Shown here piece after piece: positions 59,208-64,000 of a stretch of DNA of 64,000 nt. The notes beneath the pieces are model-generated. The model had not been told where the DNA came from, made no database searches, and was given only the letters and a program-made list of their open reading frames with translations. This DNA comes from Leptolyngbya sp. (GTDB lineage: Bacteria > Cyanobacteriota > Cyanobacteriia > Phormidesmidales > Phormidesmidaceae): positions 2,505 through 66,504 of the forward strand of contig QBLT01000002.1 of the NCBI GenBank assembly GCA_003249105.1, in the 5' to 3' direction. The position numbers were made by a program, and so were the translations under genes. Position 1 is the first letter of the stretch. Each line of letters opens with the position of its first letter.

Positions 59208-59712
59208 AGGGGCTAATTTTGGTTTGCGGTTGCGCCCGTTGCGGGGCATTTAACGTGTTACCGTAATAGATGGTTATGTATAAGGATGGAGCGCTGGCAT
59301 TTTATTGGCCAGATTATCTATTGAAAGGCCTGCGCATGTCGGGTCTTTCTTTGGGCAGATGATTGAGGCAGACAGATTCTGAGAAACTTAGGAAGTTTGA
59401 TAAGTCGTTTCTTTCCAAGACGGCAATCAAGATTATTCCCTCGTGTCTGGGGTTTTAAAACTATTTCTAACGGTAGATTAAAGCCTAGGAGCGATCGCAC
59501 TGAGCAAGATTTGCAAAGTTGACGCAGGATTTAGATTTGACGTTTTAGTGCGATTTTATTGGGCTTTTTGGAGCAAAATCTGTAATCCTGATAAAACCGA
59601 TCGCGTGAATAGGGTTGTCAAAGGCGGCGGTTGACTTGCTATTCAAACTTCACTTGGTGAGTCATCGATTTCAATTTTTGCCCTTTGTTTTAGAACACCA
59701 GAGGTATCTCAA

Positions 59713-60159
59713 ATGTCAATTCGCCTTTACGTTGGTAACCTTTCCAAAGATTTAGAGCGCCAAGAGTTTGAAAACGTTTTCGCTGACTTTACGGCTGACT
59801 TAGTCTCTGTCAAGTTAATCGCCGACAAAAAAACCGGAAAATGCCGCGGATTTGGCTTTGTAACCGTAAAAACCGACGAAAAGGCCGATGAGATTGTAGA
59901 AAAGCTAAACGGCCAGATGCTAGCAGAGCTGCCGATTAAAATTGAAAAAGCGCTGCCTCGCACTAAGCCAGAGGGTGAAGGAGAAGCTCCTACCAGTGGT
60001 GAATCCACTGGTAAGCGGTCGGCTAAGGGAAGTACCCGTAAGGCCGCTACTCCAGCGGCCGCTGCCAGCAGCAGTGCCTCCGTTCAGCCTGATCCTCGCT
60101 GGGCTGGCGAACTAGAAAAACTGAAGCAGATGCTGGCGGCCCAAACCACCTCCGGCTAA
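59713..60159 (+). CDS. rbp3: RRM RNA-binding protein, Rbp3 type
   Basis: RLYVGNL, RGFGFV, no Gly-rich tail, PDPRWAGELEKLK end. Confidence 0.88.
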   Translation: MSIRLYVGNLSKDLERQEFENVFADFTADLVSVKLIADKKTGKCRGFGFVTVKTDEKADEIVEKLNGQMLAELPIKIEKALPRTKPEGEGEAPTSGESTGKRSAKGSTRKAATPAAAASSSASVQPDPRWAGELEKLKQMLAAQTTSG

Positions 60160-60191
60160 ACTACTGCGGTAATATCCCCAGCATTATACCG

Positions 60192-60226
60192 AGGCCGTAG
60201 AGACGACAACGCTCTACGGCCTTCTT
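60192..60226. terminator. hairpin between the convergent rbp3 and SRPBCC genes
   Basis: 11-bp arms AGGCCGTAGAG/CTCTACGGCCT. Confidence 0.7.
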
Positions 60227-60251
60227 GGTTGGCTGAACCCCATACCCGCGA

Positions 60252-60707
60252 TTAGCACTGATTGGTCTGGGTTTCAGCGACCTGTTTCAAGCGGCGCAGT
60301 TGAGCCGCCATATCTCGCTGAGTCAAGCTGGCGGCAAACCAGTTAAACCCAACTTGTACAACAGGGTTAGGAATCTCAAACTCAAACCGATTCAGCAGCC
60401 GGGTTCCTGCTGGTTCAGGAGTGCATTCCCAGCGATCGCGACCGTCAAAAAAGCCTGCGAATGCCCATACGATCAGCCCTGGCTGACGCTCAACCACCGT
60501 ACTGACCAGCGCGGGCTGCCACAGCGGCACCTGAATGACAAACCGGCTTTTGGCCCCTAGATCGGTGCTCCAGTCGCCGATGGGGTCGCAGCGCAGGACC
60601 GGGTTAAGCCAGCGGTGCATCAGGTCTGGGCGGGTTAGACACTGCTCCACCTGACTAGCGCTAGCGCTGATGGAAATGCTGTGCTCAAAGACATGGCGAG
60701 TAGACAT
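60252..60707 (-). CDS. SRPBCC/START-fold protein
   Basis: LMHRWLNP, GFFDGRDRWEC, NRFEF. Confidence 0.8.
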   Translation of the reverse strand: MSTRHVFEHSISISASASQVEQCLTRPDLMHRWLNPVLRCDPIGDWSTDLGAKSRFVIQVPLWQPALVSTVVERQPGLIVWAFAGFFDGRDRWECTPEPAGTRLLNRFEFEIPNPVVQVGFNWFAASLTQRDMAAQLRRLKQVAETQTNQC

Positions 60708-60949
60708 CTTGACGGACTCCTGAGAGAATCAGCCCGAGTGTAGGTACCAGAATCCCCAAAAACTTGTATTTTTGGAAAGTTTCTATCGTACCTGCCCTGG
60801 GCGGTCTCGTTTCTAAACCGAAATGCTGGTTCATGGGATGACATGATTTGGTGATCGGTTTATTTGCCTGTAGTTAATGGCCAACAGTCGAGATCGCGCA
60901 ATGGCCCCCTGCACGGTGCTCTTTCAGGATGCTCCCAACTACAAGGATC

Positions 60950-62611
60950 ATGATTGATTTTTTCTCTCTAACGCTGCTTCAGGTGACTGAGCCTGGAGTT
61001 CAACCTGCCAACCCTGGACCGCTGACTAGCCCTGTGGAGTCTCCCAGTCGCTTTTTTCAAGAGGCTTCTGGGCAACTGGGGCGATTTTTGCCCAGCTTGA
61101 TTTGGGCGATCGCGCTGCTGGTGGTGGGCTGGATTGTGGCCACATTAGCGGCTCTGGCGGTACGCAATCTGCTGCGGCGCACTAGCCTAGATGACCGCGT
61201 CGCCAACTGGGCACTGGGTCGCTCGTCAGACCAGTCGATCCCGATTGAGAAATGGGTATCGACCCTGGTTTATTGGGTGATTTTTCTGTTCGCCATTGTG
61301 GCGTCGCTCAATGCCCTTAATCTAGCTGGCGTATCGGCCCCGCTCAACAACTTTCTCGACCAGATTTTTCTCTATCTGCCCCGTATCGGCGGCGCGCTGC
61401 TGCTGCTGGGGCTGGCCTGGCTGGCGGCGACTCTGGTGCGATCGCTGGTGGTCAATGGCCTAGGCCGCTTTAACCTAGACGATCGCCTGGCCCAGCAGAC
61501 TGGCATAGACCAGGGCAGTTCCCCAGTCGTGCTGAATGAAACCATCGGCAACGTGCTGTACTGGTTCATTCTGCTGCTGTTTATTCCGCTGATTTTGAGC
61601 GCCCTGCAGCTGCCCGGGCTGCTAGCTCCGGTGGAAGGGTTAATTAATTCTTTCCTCCAGGCCATTCCCCGCATTGTCACCGCCGGAATTGTTTTAGCCA
61701 TTGGCTGGGTGATTGCGCGGATTGTGCGCGGAGTCGTGACCAATCTGCTGCTGGCGGCTGGAGTCGACCAGCTCGGTCGCCGGCTGGGGCTGCAAAGCAG
61801 CGCGACAGGAGGAGTCTCCCTCGCCAGTCTAGCTGGCACCGTAGCCTACGTGCTGGTGCTCATCCCCGCCGTGGTAGCCGCCCTCAACGAGCTGGATATC
61901 GAGGCCATTTCGGCTCCCGCCATTGGGATGCTAGAGCAGATTTTGACCGCGATTCCCCAGGTGATTATGGCGGGGGTTGTGATCGCCGCCGCTTACTTTG
62001 TCGGGCGCTTTGTGGCCGATCTAGTCACAAGCCTGCTACAGGGGGCTGGCTTTGACAATATTTTGGGCATTTTGGGGCTGCCCGATCTAAACCTGGGTAC
62101 GGGGGCGACGGTACAGCCAGGACTCGATGCCGAAGGTCGCCCTATGGCCACGGTACAGACCCCAAGTCGCACGCCATCAGAGATTGTCGGTATTGTCACC
62201 CTGGTAGCGATCGTGCTATTTGGGGCCGTGACCGCCACTGAAATTCTCAACTTCGCCGGTCTGACCGAGATTGTGCGGGCGATTCTGCGGATTGGGGCAC
62301 GGGTGCTCAGCGGGGTGGTGGTATTTGCGGTGGGTCTCTACCTGGCCAACCTAGCCTTTCGCCTGGTCAACGCCATGGGCACCGGGCAAGCCAGGGTACT
62401 GGCCCAGGCGGCCCGCATCGCCATCTTGATCTTTGTGGGAGCCATGGCTCTCCAGCAGATGGGCGTGGCCCCTGACATCGTTAACCTGGCCTTTGGACTG
62501 CTGCTGGGGGCGATCGCCGTAGCGATCGCGATCGCCTTTGGTTTGGGGGGGCGCGACGTTGCCGCCGACCAACTGAGGGAGTGGCTATCCGCCTTTAAAC
62601 AACGCCAGTAA
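60950..62611 (+). CDS. CmpX-like protein with repeated conserved TM helices (MscS-associated type)
   Basis: Four repeats of the form LPRI...ALLLL.GW..A; end AIAIAFGLGGRDVAA. Confidence 0.8.
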   Translation: MIDFFSLTLLQVTEPGVQPANPGPLTSPVESPSRFFQEASGQLGRFLPSLIWAIALLVVGWIVATLAALAVRNLLRRTSLDDRVANWALGRSSDQSIPIEKWVSTLVYWVIFLFAIVASLNALNLAGVSAPLNNFLDQIFLYLPRIGGALLLLGLAWLAATLVRSLVVNGLGRFNLDDRLAQQTGIDQGSSPVVLNETIGNVLYWFILLLFIPLILSALQLPGLLAPVEGLINSFLQAIPRIVTAGIVLAIGWVIARIVRGVVTNLLLAAGVDQLGRRLGLQSSATGGVSLASLAGTVAYVLVLIPAVVAALNELDIEAISAPAIGMLEQILTAIPQVIMAGVVIAAAYFVGRFVADLVTSLLQGAGFDNILGILGLPDLNLGTGATVQPGLDAEGRPMATVQTPSRTPSEIVGIVTLVAIVLFGAVTATEILNFAGLTEIVRAILRIGARVLSGVVVFAVGLYLANLAFRLVNAMGTGQARVLAQAARIAILIFVGAMALQQMGVAPDIVNLAFGLLLGAIAVAIAIAFGLGGRDVAADQLREWLSAFKQRQ

Positions 62612-62641
62612 TCGTCCTAGCCACCACCAATACCACCCGTT

Positions 62642-62671
62642 ACAGGCCGGAGGGTTGACCCTCCGGCCTGT
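62642..62671 (+). terminator. hairpin after the CmpX-like gene
   Basis: 14-bp perfect arms ACAGGCCGGAGGGT/ACCCTCCGGCCTGT. Confidence 0.7.
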
Positions 62672-62854
62672 TGGCGCGTTAGTATGATTAACTTCAGCCT
62701 TAACAAATCTGCCTGAGGGGTTGTAACCCAGAGCCAGAGCCATCTATGGACAACCAAGAGCAGGCTCAATCTCGGAGTCAAAAGGACAGACGGCTGGGAC
62801 AGGAAAACCCTGAATTGGGTAACCGGGAGTGATGTTCAGGGGAGTCTTAAAACC

Positions 62855-64000
62855 ATGGCCACGGCAGAGCGTCGCAGTGGTAAACCAGCGGCCAATCTCA
62901 GCGACCCTCAGTACTACATCAGCCGCGAGCTGAGCTGGATAGAGTTTAACCGGCGGGTGCTCCACGAGGCCCTAGACGAGCGCACGCCACTGTTAGAAGC
63001 GCTGAAGTTTCTAGCGATCTTCAGCACCAACCTAGACGAATATTTCATGGTGCGGGTAGCGGCCCTCAAGCAGCAGATCGAGGCTCAGGTCACCCGGCGA
63101 TCGCCCGATGGGCGATCGCCCCAGGAGCACCTCGACGAGGTCAGCACCACCCTGCGCCCCATTGTCGAGCAGCAGCACCAAGCCTTTAGCACCGACCTCA
63201 GACAGCAGATGGCCGACCAGGGCATCTGGCTACTCGACTATGACGAGCTGACGACGGCTCAGCAGACCTACTGCCGCGACTATTTTGAAGAGCAAATTTT
63301 CCCGGTTCTAACCCCCCTGGCCGTCGATCCGGGCCATCCATTCCCCTACATTTCGAACCTCAGCTTAAATCTAGCGGTCGTAGTGCAAGACCCCCATACC
63401 CAGCAGCCCCACTTCGCCCGAGTTAAAGTGCCTCGGGTGCTCCCCCGGTTCATTCCCCTACCAGCCCCTCAAGGGGAAGACCGGGATAGTAGACTCTATC
63501 GCTGGCTAGGCGTGCCCCTCGAACAGATCATTGCCGCCAATCTGTCCGCTCTTTTTCCGGGCATGGTGGTGCAGGAACACTACTGCTTTCGCATTACCCG
63601 CGACGCCGATTTAGCCGTCGAAGAAGACGAAGCCGACGACCTGATGCTGGCCATTGAGCAAGAGCTGCGTAAGCGTCGCCGGGGTGGGTCAGCCGTACGC
63701 ATGGAAATTCAGCGGGCGACTCCAGGCCCGGTGCGCGCCATGCTGGCAGAAGAACTGGGCCTGGCCGAAACCGATGTGTACAACATTGACGGGTTGCTAG
63801 GGCTAGGCGACCTAATGACCTTCATGGCCCTCCCCCTGCCTGACCTCAAAGCCCCCAGTTGGTCGGCCACCGTGCCAACTGCCCTAGAACGCCTCACCCC
63901 ACCAGGGGTAGAGGACGACGACACAACCCTAGAGACCGCCGAAGACCTATTCTCGCTGCTGCGGCACCAGGAGCTGCTGCTGCACCATCCTTACCACTCG
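62855..64000 (+). CDS. ppk1: polyphosphate kinase 1; runs off the right edge of the window
   Basis: Not in the ORF track; hand translation YISRELSWIEFNRRVL, FLAIFSTNLDEYFMVRVA, HPFPYISNLSLNLAV, LLHHPYHS. Confidence 0.97.
   Translation, partial: MATAERRSGKPAANLSDPQYYISRELSWIEFNRRVLHEALDERTPLLEALKFLAIFSTNLDEYFMVRVAALKQQIEAQVTRRSPDGRSPQEHLDEVSTTLRPIVEQQHQAFSTDLRQQMADQGIWLLDYDELTTAQQTYCRDYFEEQIFPVLTPLAVDPGHPFPYISNLSLNLAVVVQDPHTQQPHFARVKVPRVLPRFIPLPAPQGEDRDSRLYRWLGVPLEQIIAANLSALFPGMVVQEHYCFRITRDADLAVEEDEADDLMLAIEQELRKRRRGGSAVRMEIQRATPGPVRAMLAEELGLAETDVYNIDGLLGLGDLMTFMALPLPDLKAPSWSATVPTALERLTPPGVEDDDTTLETAEDLFSLLRHQELLLHHPYHS

Larger units (their letters stand above)
1..64000. repeat. HIP1 octamer GCGATCGC dispersed through the window
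   Basis: More than 50 copies counted by eye, e.g. near 1478, 12016, 15580, 26521, 62509. Established cyanobacterial repeat. Confidence 0.95.

Noticed and set aside
2201-63924. Many 60-230 aa antisense or alternate-frame ORFs in the track (e.g. 5407..5853, 44382..45074, 45600..46247)
   Set aside because: They shadow well-supported genes, lack motifs, and are expected from codon bias in GC-rich DNA.
1-64000. CRISPR array, transposase, integrase, prophage, rRNA
   Set aside because: No regularly spaced repeats and no such protein or RNA motifs were seen.

Overview
Chromosomal DNA from a cyanobacterium. The GCGATCGC (HIP1) octamer is very abundant, and cp12, psb27, ndhN, ldpA and a Rre1/Ycf29-type regulator are present; a Nodosilinea/Leptolyngbya-like organism is my inference. 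The window holds three ribosomal-protein blocks (rplS-trnW-secE-nusG-rplKAJL; rplC..secY-adk-infA on the minus strand; rpmJ-rpsMK-rpoA-rplQ-truA-rplM-rpsI-rpmE-prfA on the plus strand) and about 25 kb of mixed accessory genes. No transposase, integrase, phage gene, rRNA or CRISPR array was seen. Most notable observations: (1) the normally continuous S10-spc-alpha ribosomal cluster is broken between infA and rpmJ, consistent with a ~16 kb inversion, and rpmJ has its own promoter; (2) a 420-bp spacer at 25.4-25.9 kb carries an NtcA-type promoter pointing at a gene-less, terminator-ended ~145-nt RNA, plus three DnaA boxes; (3) a second perfect NtcA site overlaps a putative cp12 promoter; (4) a CHRD / ECF sigma / RskA-type anti-sigma module has a candidate ECF promoter; (5) there is a candidate sRNA upstream of rbp3; (6) L10 appears to have four L12-binding segments; (7) the rplC and rpsM leaders are long and structured; (8) an M48-like protein has lost its zinc ligands; (9) there is a 53-bp perfect palindrome. 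All family assignments come from motif recognition by eye; no database search was run.
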